63,741 bases of DNA, filler included, from Reclinomonas americana ATCC 50394 (GCA_048213135.1; 27 parts of 27 records of this genome joined end to end with filler, not necessarily neighbours in it), one strand, 5' to 3'. Shown: positions 12,621 through 29,346, counted from the whole stretch's first letter. The notes: generated by a model from the letters alone, not told the origin. Numbers and translations: made by a program.

Positions 12621-13229
12621 GTGACACGTCCCTTGCGGGATGCCCCGCAATTCTACCTGACCTCGCCGACGCCCTGCCCCTATCTGCCGGGCCGCGAGGA
12701 GCGCAAGGTGTTCACGCACCTCGTCGGTGCGCGGGCGCGCGACCTCAACGACGTGCTCTCGCAAGGCGGCTTCCGGCGCTCGCAGAGCATCGCCTATCGC
12801 CCCGCCTGCGAGACCTGCCGGGCCTGCATCTCGGTCAGGATCGTCGTCGCCGACTTCCGGCCCTCGCGCGGCTTCCGCAAGATCCTCTCGCATAACAGCG
12901 ACCTGATCGGCGAGGCGCTGCCGCCGCAGCCGCGTTCGGAGCATTATTCGCTGTTCCGCGGCTATCTCGACGATCGCCACCCCGAAGGCGGCATGGCGAC
13001 GATGTCGGCACTCGACTTCGCCATGATGGTCGAGGACACCCATGTCGAGACCAGCCTGATCGAATATCGCAGGCGCGGGCCCGATAGCGGTTTCACCGGG
13101 CGCGGCCAGGGCGACCTCTTCGCCTTCGCCCTGACCGACCGGCTGAACGACGGGCTCTCCATGGTCTATTCGGTCTACGACCCCGCCCTCGAAGCGCGCT
13201 CGCTCGGCACCTTCATGGTGCTGGAGCAT
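12621..13229 (+). CDS. bpt: Aspartate/glutamate leucyltransferase (arginyl-tRNA-protein transferase family), 3' truncated
   Basis: GTG start; [42 protein letters not shown] and [12 protein letters not shown]...RSLGTF. Confidence 0.92.
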
Positions 13230-13329
13230 NNNNNNNNNNNNNNNNNNNNNNNNNNNNNNNNNNNNNNNNNNNNTTAATTAATTAANNNNNNNNNNNNNNN
13301 NNNNNNNNNNNNNNNNNNNNNNNNNNNNN

Positions 13330-13835
13330 GTGACCCGGCGCGCGGCGGCTGGCAAGGCGTGACCTGGACGAGGGGCGGCATGCCATTGCCGCATCTCTGG
13401 CAGGACAATGCCGCCGTGCATTGGCATCCCTGGGCCGGTGACGCCCCGCCCAGCCGGCACCATTCCGTCTTCTTCGAGGGGCTGAAGGACCGCGCTTTGG
13501 CAGAGCGCGCTCGCATCCCGGTCGAGCGGATCGCCGGCCCGGTGCTGCTGGTCTCGGGCCGCGACGACCGCGCCTGGCCCTCCAGTCTCTATTCGCGGAT
13601 GGTGGTCTCGACCCTGAGCCGGCACGGCCATCGCCACCTCGTCCGCCATCTCGACTTCGACGATGCCGGCCACGCCATCAACCTGCCCTTCGTGCCGACG
13701 ACGCAGCTCAGCCGCGAGCATCCCGTCTCGAAGGTGCCCTACACCAGCGGCGGTACGCCCTCCGGCAATGCACGGGCCGATGACGGCTCCTGGCGCGGCG
13801 TCCTCGCCTTCCTGGCCGAGATCACCGGCCGCTAA
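13330..13835 (+). CDS. Acyl-CoA thioesterase/BAAT family C-terminal domain (5' truncated)
   Basis: ARIPVERIAGPVLLVSGRDDRAWPS, DAGHAI and GGTPSGNARA...W motifs. Confidence 0.85.
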
Positions 13836-13885
13836 ACCGTCATTCGTCCGCAAGCTGACATTCCGAGCCTTCGAAGGACACGATC

Positions 13886-14776
13886 ATGCCGACGCGAGAA
13901 CATCTGGAAGGCCAGTGGCGCGAATGGCGCCATGCCCATGTCGCCACCATGTTCCGCCCCTATGGCTGGACCGCGCTCGTCGCCCAATACTGGCTGGAAG
14001 AGGACGATCGCGACGTTGCGTTCGATCTCCTTCCCGGCCGCTGGTCGGTCGAGCAGGGCCGGGTCATCTTCACTCCGCCGGCTTCCGGTCCGACCCTGTC
14101 GGTGAATGGCGAATACCCCACAGGCCCGGTCGAGATCATCCCGGGGCGCAACCAGACCTATGGCCATGGCAGGAGCGTGCCCGTCTATTTCGGCGTGAAC
14201 GAGGTCGAGACCATCGTCCGCACCAAGCATGACGGCAGCCGGCTCTATGGCGTGCGCGTGCGCGATCCGCGCCAGGCGACACGCCTGGAGGATGCCGGCG
14301 TCACCGCCTTCGATTACGATCCCGCCTGGCGCATCCCCGGCGTCTACACCCCGGCGGAGCGCGTCGAATTCGAGGCCGAGACGGTGGAAGCCGGCGTTCG
14401 CGAGACGACACCGCGGATGGGGACCTTCACCTTCGAACTAGATGGCAAGAGCCACACGGTCGTGCTCATCGGCAAGGACACGCCGACCGGCGTGCAGCCC
14501 GTCGCCCATGTCCGCGACAAGACCAGCGGCCCGATCACCTATGGTGCCGGCCGGGTGATCGAATTGCAGTTCACGGATGAGGCGAACACCCGCATCGACT
14601 GGATCGACTTCAACTATGCGGTGGCGCTGCCCTGCGCCTTCACCAATTTCGTCACCTGCCCGCTGGTGCCCCCTGAGAACCATCTCGATTTCGAGGTGCT
14701 GGCCGGCGAGAAGCGCCCGGCGCAAAGCGTGGCGCGAACGATGACCTATCAGCCCAAGGTCAGGGCCTCCCGGTAG
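13886..14776 (+). CDS. DUF1684 family protein
   Basis: PYGWTALVAQYWL, YDPAWRI, DKTSGPITYGAGR and DFNYAVALPCAFTNFVTCPLVPPENHL...AGEK signature. Confidence 0.88.
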   Translation: MPTREHLEGQWREWRHAHVATMFRPYGWTALVAQYWLEEDDRDVAFDLLPGRWSVEQGRVIFTPPASGPTLSVNGEYPTGPVEIIPGRNQTYGHGRSVPVYFGVNEVETIVRTKHDGSRLYGVRVRDPRQATRLEDAGVTAFDYDPAWRIPGVYTPAERVEFEAETVEAGVRETTPRMGTFTFELDGKSHTVVLIGKDTPTGVQPVAHVRDKTSGPITYGAGRVIELQFTDEANTRIDWIDFNYAVALPCAFTNFVTCPLVPPENHLDFEVLAGEKRPAQSVARTMTYQPKVRASR

Positions 14777-14952
14777 AGCTTCGAGCCAAGGCGCGTCCAG
14801 AAACTGGTCCATCGCGATAGCATCCAACTGGACGTTCCGTCCGGACCAGCTCCGTGCTGATGTCACGGCTGGGCCAACCGCCCGGACAGATAATGACGCT
14901 CTGCCTCTGCCAATCCCGGACTGGCGCGACGGCATCGACGGGGATTCAAACG

Positions 14953-15777
14953 TTGACCGTCGCAGACATCGACCAGCTCGACCCGAGCAACGCGCCCCCG
15001 GCCGACACATCGCTCTCCGCCGCCGATATCGAGCGCTTCGGCCCTGATCCGGTGGGCAGCTTCCGCGCCAACCTCGCCGCCGTGAAGGAGCGCATCGCCA
15101 GAGCCTGCGCGCGCGCCGGGCGGGAGCGCACCTCGGTGCGGCTGCTGCCGATCACCAAGACGGTGCCGGCGCAGGTCCTGCGCTGCGCCTTTGCGGCGGG
15201 CATCACCGCTTTCGGAGAGAACAAGATCCAGGAGGCGATGGGCAAGCGCGAGGCGCTGGGCGACCTTGCCATCGACTGGAGCATCGTCGGCCATCTCCAG
15301 AGCAATAAGGTCAAGTACCTCAGCCGCTTCGCCCGGGAGTTCCACGCACTCGACAGCCTGAAGCTTGCCGAGTTGCTCGATCGGCAGCTGGAGCGCGTTG
15401 GCCGCAGCCTCGACGTCTATGTGCAGGTCAACACCTCGAACGAGGACAGCAAGTTCGGCCTGCATCCCGATGCGCTGCTGCCCTTCGTCGACAGGCTCGG
15501 CGAATTCCCGCGGCTGAAGCCGCGCGGCTTGATGACGCTCGCCCTGTTCAGCTCGGAGATGGCACGGGTGCGCCCCTGCTTTGCCCTGCTGCGCCGCCTG
15601 CGAGACGAGGCCGCCGCGCGCCATCCCGGCCTGACCGGCCTGTCCATGGGCATGACCGGTGATTTCGAGGAAGCGATCGCAGAAGGGGCAACCGTGGTCC
15701 GGGTCGGCCAGGCGATCTTCGGCAAGCGCCCCACTCCCGATGGGCATTACTGGCCGGGCTTCGCGAAGGCCGGCTGA
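14953..15777 (+). CDS. yggS: YggS/PROSC family PLP homeostasis protein (start uncertain)
   Basis: VRLLPITKTV, FGENKIQEA, GHLQSNKVK, VQVNTSNEDSKFG and LSMGMTGDFEEAIAEGATVVRVGQAIFG. Confidence 0.92.
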   Translation: MTVADIDQLDPSNAPPADTSLSAADIERFGPDPVGSFRANLAAVKERIARACARAGRERTSVRLLPITKTVPAQVLRCAFAAGITAFGENKIQEAMGKREALGDLAIDWSIVGHLQSNKVKYLSRFAREFHALDSLKLAELLDRQLERVGRSLDVYVQVNTSNEDSKFGLHPDALLPFVDRLGEFPRLKPRGLMTLALFSSEMARVRPCFALLRRLRDEAAARHPGLTGLSMGMTGDFEEAIAEGATVVRVGQAIFGKRPTPDGHYWPGFAKAG

Positions 15778-15867
15778 GCGCCTGCGAAACAAGGTTCTCC
15801 CCCGCCGCGAAAGCTGCGCAGAGCGCCACAAGACCGGGACATCAACGCTCCACCCTTGGGGGTTTCG

Positions 15868-15999
15868 ATGTTCACGCTGTCCCGCTCCGTCCTCTCCGGC
15901 CACGCCCAGACGCTCTTCACCGTTGCCGAAGCCACCTTCGCCTCGATGATCGTCTTCGGCACGGGCCTCGCCTTCGGCGCCACCATCGGCTTCTTTTGA
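15868..15999 (+). CDS. 43-aa small membrane protein (below ORF-track cutoff)
   Basis: MFTLSRSVLSGHAQTLFTVAEATFASMIVFGTGLAFGATIGFF*. It has GC3-rich codons, a hydrophobic C-terminus and lies 7 nt before the next ORF. Confidence 0.55.
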   Translation: MFTLSRSVLSGHAQTLFTVAEATFASMIVFGTGLAFGATIGFF

Positions 16000-16006
16000 G
16001 GCGGTC

Positions 16007-16216
16007 ATGCCGGCCGCCGCCACCTGGACCGCCCATCCGCATTTCAAGATCGGACGCGACCGCGAGGGCCACTGGATCGCGGTCGAGACGCATGGCCGCA
16101 GCGGTGGCTATTTCCGCAGCCGGGACGATGCCCTGCACTATGCCCGCGCCGAGACCGGCTCTTGCGTCGGCGCCGTGACGTTCAGCGCTCGCCCGCTGGC
16201 GCTGCGCCTTTCCTGA
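16007..16216 (+). CDS. Small conserved Hyphomicrobiales hypothetical protein
   Basis: 69 aa with the pattern IGRDREGHWIAVE...GGYF.SR..AL.YA; GAGG RBS upstream. Confidence 0.65.
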   Translation: MPAAATWTAHPHFKIGRDREGHWIAVETHGRSGGYFRSRDDALHYARAETGSCVGAVTFSARPLALRLS

Positions 16217-16222
16217 CCGCGC

Positions 16223-17563
16223 TCAGCGATAGAGATCGACCCGCGTCAGCGGCAGGCCGGACGGGCCCTTGCGCCGCTTCGAGACCAAGGTCTGGTTGAT
16301 CAATGCCCCGCCCCGCTCGAAGGCGAGCGAGCAGCCGGCCAGATAGAGCAGCCACATCCGCGTCCGCTCCGGCCCGACCTCCGCTTCCGCCTGCGACTTG
16401 TTCGCGTTCAGCCGCTCGAACCACAGCCGCGTCGTGCGCTGGTAATGCTCGCGCCAGCCCTCGACATCGTGCACCTCGAAACCGTAGCGCTCGAGATTGG
16501 CGATCGACATGCCCAAATGGTCGAGCTCGCCGCCCGGGAAGATGTAGCGCACCAGCGCCCGATACTCGGCCGGCATCTTGTTGAAGGCCNNNNNNNNNNN
16601 NNNNNNNNNNNNNNNNNNNNNNNNNNNNNNNNNTTAATTAATTAANNNNNNNNNNNNNNNNNNNNNNNNNNNNNNNNNNNNNNNNNNNNCAGCCGGTTCA
16701 CCGCCTCGGAAGTAGGTCGGGTGGTTGCGGATACCGACATGCTCGAACATGCCGATCGAGGAGATCTTGTCGAACTGCCCCTCCATCTGGGTGAAGTCCT
16801 TGAGGTGGAGCGTGACCTTGTCCTGCAGCCCGAGCGCCTCGACCTTTTCCCGCGCCAGCTTGAGCTGCTCCTCCGCCAGCGTCACGCCATGCGCCTCGAC
16901 GCCGTAGTGCTGGGCGGCATAGCAGACCAGCGCGCCCCAGCCGCAGCCGATGTCGAGCAGCTTGTCGCCAGGCTTCAGGCGCAGCTTGCGGCAGATCATC
17001 TCGAGCTTGTCGGTCTGCGCCCGCTCGAGATCGTCATGATCCTCGGTGAAATAGGCGCAGGTGTAGACCATGCGCTCGTCGAGGAAGAGCTTATAGAAGG
17101 CGTTCGAGACGTCGTAGTGATGGGCGATGTTGGCCTTGTTCGTCGCCGGCTTGCCGTCGCGGGCGATCTCGTCGCCCTTGATGTGCTGAACTGCCTGCGG
17201 CGCCTGCCCCGGTGCGAAGAGGAAGTGCCTGACCACATCGAACGCCGCCGTCTTAGAGATGCCGCGCGCCAGCCGGCCGACCTTGCCGTCCGGCCTGGCC
17301 GCGGCGAGATCGAAGATCGTGCCGTTCTCGATCGCGATGCGATCGGAGACGTGCAGATGCAGCAGCGTGTCGAGCTTGGGCTTGCGCAGCAGCGCCGCGA
17401 CGACGCCGGCATCGCGGATCGCGATCATCAGCCCGTCCGCCGGCCAGTCGGCCGGTATGCGCGAACCGTCCCAGAGCGAGAAGCCGAGCTTGAGTCCGAG
17501 CTTCTGATACGCCTCGGTCAGGAGCCGCCGCAGCGCCTCGATCCTCTTGCCGTCGCTGCTCAT
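16223..17563 (-). CDS. cfa: Cyclopropane-fatty-acyl-phospholipid synthase, split by a linker
   Basis: NIAHHYDVSNAFYKLFLDERMVYTCAYF, LLDIGCGWG and FDKISSIGMFEHVG in one contig; YIFPGGEL...VEGWREHY...R.W.LYLAGC in the neighbouring contig. Confidence 0.92.
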
Positions 17564-17736
17564 GCCTTGCCCGTTCCCACCATCATGCGGGCCCCTCTTA
17601 GCGCGGTTTGCGGCGGATCGGAATCCGGACCGTCGCGACGTGAGCCGCGACAGGACCATCGCAATTGGCGGCAATGCTCCTGCCGACCTGCGCGCAAAAC
17701 GTGCAGAACGCCGACTAAGCAACCATTGTCCGTTTC

Positions 17737-17744
17737 TTAACCAT
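17737..17744 (+). promoter_or_regulatory. TTAACCAT CtrA half-site-like motif upstream of chemoreceptor
   Basis: Exact TTAACCAT in an AT-rich patch about 60 nt upstream of the MCP start. CtrA control of chemotaxis genes is established in Alphaproteobacteria. Confidence 0.45.
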
Positions 17745-17805
17745 ACTCTGGTTTCATTCCAAAGTGGCCGAGGGGCGCCGCGCATCACGGTTGGGGAACC
17801 GCATC

Positions 17806-18764
17806 ATGTCGTCAGAGGATCAACTCGGCAGGCGGCTAGATTTCATGCAGCTCGACGGCGAGGCGCGTGGCCGCATCGCCGGGATGGAAAAGAGTATCCT
17901 CGGCGCCCTGCCCGGCGCCTTGGATGCCTTCTACAGCCAGGTCTCCGCCTTCCCCGAGACCAAGGCCTTCTTCAGCAACGCTGCCCATATGGACGGCGCG
18001 AAGAACCGCCAGATCTCGCACTGGAACCGCATCGCCAAAGGCCAGTTCGACCAGGACTATGTCCGGGCCGTCACCACCGTCGGCCAGATCCACGCCAAGA
18101 TCGGGCTGGAGCCGCGCTGGTACATCGGTGGCTATGCCCTGTTGCTCGAGAACCTGCTCGCGAAGGTGCTGGACGAGCGCTGGCCGAAGAGCCGTTTCGG
18201 CGGCAAGCTTCCCGGCGCGGCCGAACGCGGCGCCGAGATCGGCGCCATCGTCAAGGCCGCCCTGCTCGACATGGACTACGCCATCTCGGTCTATCTCGAA
18301 GCGTCCGAGGCCGCTCGCCTGAAGGTCGAAGCCGAAGCCCGTGCCGTCGAGGAGGCCAAGGCCAAGGAACGCGACAAGGCGATCGGTTATGTCGGCAGCG
18401 GCATGGCGGCGCTTGCCCGCGGCGACCTGACTCATCGCATGGCCGACGACATGCCGGCCGAATACGCCAGCATCCGCGACCATTTCAACGACGCCATGGC
18501 CAAGCTCGGCGAGATGGTCGCGAGCATCAAGACCAGCTCTTCCGCCATCGCCGCCTCCTCGCAGGAGATCAACAGCGGTGCCAACGACCTGTCGTCACGC
18601 ACCGAGCAGCAGGCGTCGGCCCTGCAGCAGACCGCGGCGACGACCGAGGAGCTCACCGCCTCGGTCAAGAGTTCGGCGCAGTCCTCGCGCGAGTCGGTGA
18701 CGCTCGCCGACAACGCTTCGGCCGTGGCGCGCACCGGCGGCGAGATCGTCAAGGACGCGATCGA
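17806..18764 (+). CDS. Globin-coupled sensor methyl-accepting chemotaxis protein (3' truncated)
   Basis: Protoglobin domain (RLDFMQL...FY...HAKIGLEPRWYIGGY...LDMDYAISVYL), a HAMP-like region and the MCP signalling start (LSSRTEQQASALQQTAA). Confidence 0.93.
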
Positions 18765-18864
18765 NNNNNNNNNNNNNNNNNNNNNNNNNNNNNNNNNNNN
18801 NNNNNNNNTTAATTAATTAANNNNNNNNNNNNNNNNNNNNNNNNNNNNNNNNNNNNNNNNNNNN

Positions 18865-19403
18865 AGCTCGCGCAGGCGGGCGGGAACGTCGTCGCGGTCG
18901 ACCGTTCCGGTCCGCGCTTGCGCCGGCTCAAGGCCAATCTCGAACGGCTCGGACTGAGCGCCGAGATCGTCACCGCCGATGTGACGGCCTTCGAGGCGGA
19001 GCCGTTCGACGCTGTCCTGCTCGACGCGCCCTGCAGCGCAACCGGCACGATCCGCCGCCATCCCGATGTCGCCTGGACCAAGCGACCGGAGGATGTCGAC
19101 AAGCTCGCCGCCCTGCAGGCGCGACTTCTCGACCAGGCGGCGCGGCTGACCAAGCCAGGCGGGCGCCTGATCTACTGCACCTGCTCGCTCGAACGCGCGG
19201 AAGGCGAGGCGCAGATCGAGGCCTTCCTGGCCCGAAACGACGGTTTCGCTCGCGATCCGATCAAGCCCGAGGAGATCGGCGGCCGGGCTGAGGCGCTGAC
19301 GGCTGAGGGCGAATTGCGCACGCTGCCGCACCAGCTTGCCGGCGAGACGCCGCGCCTCTCAGGATGGGCGGGATTTTACGCTTGTCGCCTGATAAGATCA
19401 TGA
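18865..19403 (+). CDS. rsmB: RsmB/NOP family RNA m5C methyltransferase (5' truncated)
   Basis: FDAVLLDAPCSATGTIRRHPD and GGRLIYCTCSLE..EGE. Confidence 0.9.
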
Positions 19404-19461
19404 CTCGATCGGGGATTCGCCTTCGCAGGGAGGCGGTGGGACGGCGAGGCAGCAGACTTCA

Positions 19462-20109
19462 TTGAACGGCTGGTCGGAGCGCGGGGGCCTTGCACGGGCA
19501 GCCATCGGCAGGGCGGCGCGACGCACGCGCGGCCAGGTTGCCGGTGCCAAGCGTGCGCTCTGGCCCTTCGGTCGCCTGCGCGCCAGCCGGCTGCTCTTCG
19601 CCCCGCACGACCTGCGCACCGCCGACCCGACCACGGCGAGCGACATCTATGCCGGCTATTTCGCCCTCGCCGGTCGTACCGTGAACTGCCATGGCGAATC
19701 ACCCTTCCTGGTCGCGCCGCCGAGCGAGGCCTGGTCCGAGGCGCTGCACGGCTTCGTCTGGCTGCGCCATTTGCGCGCCGCCGACACCGCGATCGCCCGG
19801 GCCAATGCCCGCGCCCTCGTCGACGAATTCATCGCGCGCCGGCATGATCGCGACGAGATCGCCCGCCGCCCGGCCGTCATCGCCCGCCGGCTCATGTCGT
19901 TCCTGTCGCATTCGCCGCTCCTGCTCGAAGGCGCCGACCACGCCTTCTACGAACGCTTCATCCGCCATGTCGCGCAGACCGCCGAGCGGCTGCAGCTCGC
20001 GCTTGCGGGCGCCGTCGAAGGCGCCGCGCGGCTGCAATGCCTGATCGCGATCTGCTTTGCCGCCATCTGCCTCGACGGCCAGGAGCGGCGCCTGCGCCGC
20101 TACGAGATC
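19462..20109 (+). CDS. Heparinase II/III family protein (3' truncated)
   Basis: RLLFAPHDLRTADPT.A.DIYAG.F and LHGF.WLRHLRA; this family typically follows rsmB in Hyphomicrobiales. Confidence 0.85.
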
Positions 20110-20779
20110 NNNNNNNNNNNNNNNNNNNNNNNNNNNNNNNNNNNNNNNNNNNNTTAATTAATTAANNNNNNNNNNNNNNNNNNNNNNNNNNNNNNNNNNN
20201 NNNNNNNNNACACATACACACACACACATACACACACAGTCCCACTCCTCCCTGAATCTCAGCTCACATGCGAGCGAGACGTACGCAACCTTTTCCTCAC
20301 TCCCTTCAGACTTGCCCCTCTCTCTCTCTCTCATTCTCCTCAATTACACTCTCTCGGCGCTCTCTCCACTGCCCCTCTGTTGCCTTTCTTATCTCTCTCA
20401 CTCACTCACTCATTTATGCTCCCTCCTCCCCACACCTGGCTTGCTTGCAGAGAGCGTGAGCGAGTCGAACTCAACCCTCTCGCTCACACCCTCAGACTTG
20501 CTAATCTCTCTCTCTCTCTTCTTCTTCTTCTTCTTCTTCTTCTTCTCATTCCCCTTTTACTCTCCTCTCCTCTCTTCTCCCATGCTGTCAATTGTCACTT
20601 CTTCCACATTCAGCCCGTCAAGACTTCCTGTGCCCGCAATACAGCACATCGCTTGGTAAATAGCAACTCCTCACACAGTACAGTCCTCTCTCGTGTGCCT
20701 AAACCCTCCTTTCCCTCGCCCAAACTCCCCCCTTCCCTTTATCGCCCTTCCCTTAACACCCCCTTCCCCTCACACGCAC

Positions 20780-26256
<5,477 letters not shown>

Positions 26257-26799
26257 GAGTGGTCAGCACGTGTGTGTGCGCGCGCGGGTTGCAATGAGGG
26301 GAGAGGAAGGGGTTGAGCGCGCTGTGGAGTTGCGCGCGAAGATGCGTTGTCCTGCAAGGCGGGAAACGTCGGCATTTGGTTTTCGTGTTTGTTCTTCGCG
26401 TGCGCACTTGCATCCTTGCTTGTCTCTCTCCTGCACGCATATGGTGCATGCAGGGGAAAGCGCTTTGCGATCAAGGCAAGATCCGGAAACTTCGGAATAT
26501 TAATATTTTGCTTCTGTGTTTCCCGCATCCGTGCCTGCTTGCAAACTGTCTTGCTTTTGGTCTCCTCCTCCGTATGCACATGGTGGTCAAGCAAGTGTGC
26601 ACGGAGAAGCAAGCGCGCGTCGGCGAGAGGACTTCGCGATCGGAACTTCGGAGATTTGCAACTCACTTCACTTCTCACGTTCCCTCCTCCCTCCTGCGCT
26701 GCAAACTCTGATCAGCAGATCTTATATTCCTCTCCTTGAGTAAAGAAGGACATCGAAAGGACAACTCACTTGTCTCTGTTATGTCAGTCCGCGCGCGCA

Positions 26800-27918
26800 A
26801 TGACCAGTACTAGTTCTCCCCCTTGGCCTCCTTCACTCCTGTGCAGGGATCTCTGCGAGTACACGCACTGGGTGTGGTCTCTCTCCATCGCCATCACTCC
26901 CGACGCTCAGCACGTGGTGAGTGCAGCGGGGATCGTAGACGACACAGTGCGCGTGTGGTCACTGGCGAGTGGAGCAGAAGTGCGACGACTGGCAGGCCTC
27001 GGAACAGCGGGCTTCAATGCTGCCGCTGTCACACCCGACAATCAGCACATTGTGGGTGGAGGTGATGATCAAATACTGAGTGTGTGGTCACTGGCGAGTG
27101 GCGAGGAGGTGCGACGATTGAAGGGGCACACTGAGGCGGTCTCCTCTGTCGCGGTCACTCCCGACGGACGGCACGTGGTGAGTGGGAGTCGGTATGGCAT
27201 TGTGCGAGTGTGGTCACTGGTGAGTGGCGAGGAGGTGTGGGTGTTGGTGGGGCACACGAGGTCGGTGGATTCTGTGACTGTGACGCCGAATAGTCAGCTC
27301 GTGGTGAGCGGGAGTGTTGACAGTACTGTGCGTGTGTGGTCGTTGGCGAGTGGCGAGGAGGTGCGACGGCTGAAAGGACACACTCGGGCAGTGTTTAATG
27401 TTGCCGTCACTCCCGATGGTCTGCATGCGGTGAGTGGAGGTGATGACAAGACGGTGCGGGTGTGGATGCTGGCGAGCGGGGAAGAGGTGCGACGGTTGGA
27501 GGGGCACGCTGGATGGGTGCAGTCTGTCGCTATCACTCCCGATGGACGACACGTTGTGAGTGGGGGCAATGACAGCACTGTGCGAGTGTGGTCACTGGCA
27601 ACTGGGGAGGAAGTGCAACGGTTGGAGAACAACTCTGGAAGCGTACTGGCTGTCGCCGTCGCCCCCGATGGTCAGCACATCGTATGTGGTATTGTCGACG
27701 GCAAAGTGCGGGTGTGGTCCACTCCGTGCGGTCTCGCTCAGCAGGAGCTTCGCGTAGCGCGTCTGGCCATGTGCAGTGTGCAGGATATGCAGGAGGAGGA
27801 GGAGGAGGAGGAGGCAGATCGGCGCTGCCTCGTGGAGATGGTACTGCGCTGCTTCCTCGTGGAGGAGGCGGAGGTCGTCGTGAATCGATGCTTCATCGAT
27901 GACAGCCTTCGACTGTGA
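26800..27918 (+). CDS. WD40 array gene 1: 7 WD40 repeats plus conserved acidic/helical C-terminal tail
   Basis: Intronless ORF of about 42-aa units GHxxxVxxVAVTPDGxHxVSGxxDxTVRVWSLASGEEVRRL, ending in the tail GLAQQEL...EEEADRRCLVEMVLRCFLVEEAEVVVNRCFIDDSLRL. Confidence 0.92.
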   Translation: MTSTSSPPWPPSLLCRDLCEYTHWVWSLSIAITPDAQHVVSAAGIVDDTVRVWSLASGAEVRRLAGLGTAGFNAAAVTPDNQHIVGGGDDQILSVWSLASGEEVRRLKGHTEAVSSVAVTPDGRHVVSGSRYGIVRVWSLVSGEEVWVLVGHTRSVDSVTVTPNSQLVVSGSVDSTVRVWSLASGEEVRRLKGHTRAVFNVAVTPDGLHAVSGGDDKTVRVWMLASGEEVRRLEGHAGWVQSVAITPDGRHVVSGGNDSTVRVWSLATGEEVQRLENNSGSVLAVAVAPDGQHIVCGIVDGKVRVWSTPCGLAQQELRVARLAMCSVQDMQEEEEEEEADRRCLVEMVLRCFLVEEAEVVVNRCFIDDSLRL

Positions 27919-28086
27919 CCTGCTTTCCCTTTCTCTCCTTCCGACAACCTGCCAGAGTTGTTCTACTACCCTGAATGAAGAAGGTGTTTTTAACTTGCCT
28001 GCACTCGGGGGTGAGTGAAAGATGTCCGCCACAAGAGGACACGCACTCCTTCTCACCTTCTCAATTCCTTCGTCGCCACGCCAGCC

Positions 28087-29175
28087 ATGACCTCCACTCC
28101 CACTACTCCTTTTCTGTGCAAGTGCCTCCACGGACATGACGCCACTGTGACGTCTGTCGCCATCACTCCCGACGGACTGCACATCGTGAGTGGCAGTGAA
28201 GACAAGACGATTCGCGTGTGGTCACTCGCGAGTGGAGCAGAAGTGCGACAGTTGAAGGGACACACTCTACCAGTGACTTGTGTTGTCGTCACTTGCGACG
28301 GACTCCACATTGTGAGCGCGGGTGATGACGAGACTGTGCGCGTGTGGTCGCTGGCGAGTGGCGAGGAAGTGCAACGACTGGAGGGACACACTTGGTTGGT
28401 GAAGTGTGTCGCCGTCACACCTGATGGACGACACATCGTGAGTGGGAGTATTGACGGCAGCATGCGAGTGTGGTCAGTGGAGAGTGGCGAGGAAGTGCGG
28501 CTGTTGAAGGGACAGTTCCGCAGTGTTATCTGTGTTGCCATCGCACCCGATAGCAAGTACCTTGTGTGTGCGAGTAATGACGAGGTGTTGCGAGTGTGGT
28601 CACTGGCGAGTTGGGAGGAAGTGCGACGGTTGGATGGGCACCCTGGGTGGGTATGGTCTGTCGCCGTGACTCCCGATGGTCAGCACGTTGTGGGTGGGTG
28701 TGATAACGGCTCAGTGTGCGTGTGGTCACTGGAGAGTGGCAAGGAAGTGCGACGAATGGTGGGGCACTCCGAGGCGGTTCTGTCTGTCGCCGTCTCTCCC
28801 GATGGTCAGCACGTGGTGAGTGGCAGTGATGACAGCACAGTACGAGTGTGGTCATTGGAGAGTGGAGAGGAGGTGCAACGGTTGGAGGGTCACGCAGGAC
28901 TCTCCTGCGCTGCCTCCGTCGCCCCCAATGGTCAGCACATCGTGAGTGGCGGTGTTGACTGCGTTGTGCGGGTGTGGTCCACTCCGTGCGGCCTCGCTCA
29001 GCAGGAGCTCTGCGCCGCGCGTTCGGCCATGTGCAGTGTGCAGGATATGCAGGAGGAGGAGGAGGAGGAGGCAGATCGGCGCTGCCTCGTGGAGATGGTA
29101 CTGCGCTGCTTCCTCGTGGAGGAGGCGGAGGTCATTGTGCATCGATGTTGGGCCGATGACAGCCTTCGACTGTGA
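28087..29175 (+). CDS. WD40 array gene 2
   Basis: Same architecture; start MTSTPTTP in gccATGa context. Confidence 0.92.
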   Translation: MTSTPTTPFLCKCLHGHDATVTSVAITPDGLHIVSGSEDKTIRVWSLASGAEVRQLKGHTLPVTCVVVTCDGLHIVSAGDDETVRVWSLASGEEVQRLEGHTWLVKCVAVTPDGRHIVSGSIDGSMRVWSVESGEEVRLLKGQFRSVICVAIAPDSKYLVCASNDEVLRVWSLASWEEVRRLDGHPGWVWSVAVTPDGQHVVGGCDNGSVCVWSLESGKEVRRMVGHSEAVLSVAVSPDGQHVVSGSDDSTVRVWSLESGEEVQRLEGHAGLSCAASVAPNGQHIVSGGVDCVVRVWSTPCGLAQQELCAARSAMCSVQDMQEEEEEEADRRCLVEMVLRCFLVEEAEVIVHRCWADDSLRL

Positions 29176-29346
29176 CGTGCTCCGCCCTTCTGTTTTCCCA
29201 CTCTTGCTTCTGAAGACAGCAGGTGTTGTTCTGTTCGCTTGAATGAAGAAGGGGCTGTGAACGTCCGGGGGAAGGGAAGTGGGCACCCAGGACACACTTC
29301 CTTTCCTTCTGTTGTCCTTTCCTTCCTTCCTTCGTCACCACGCGCC

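Noticed and set aside
16690..16715. Frameshift in cfa (TACTTCCGAGGCG)
   Set aside because: One extra C within about 20 nt of a contig end; removing it restores YFEAVNRL. Most likely a low-quality contig end.
11327..20209. Large horizontal transfer of bacterial operons into the eukaryote
   Set aside because: No sequenced junction exists; all transitions occur at linkers and the bacterial genes show no introns or amelioration.
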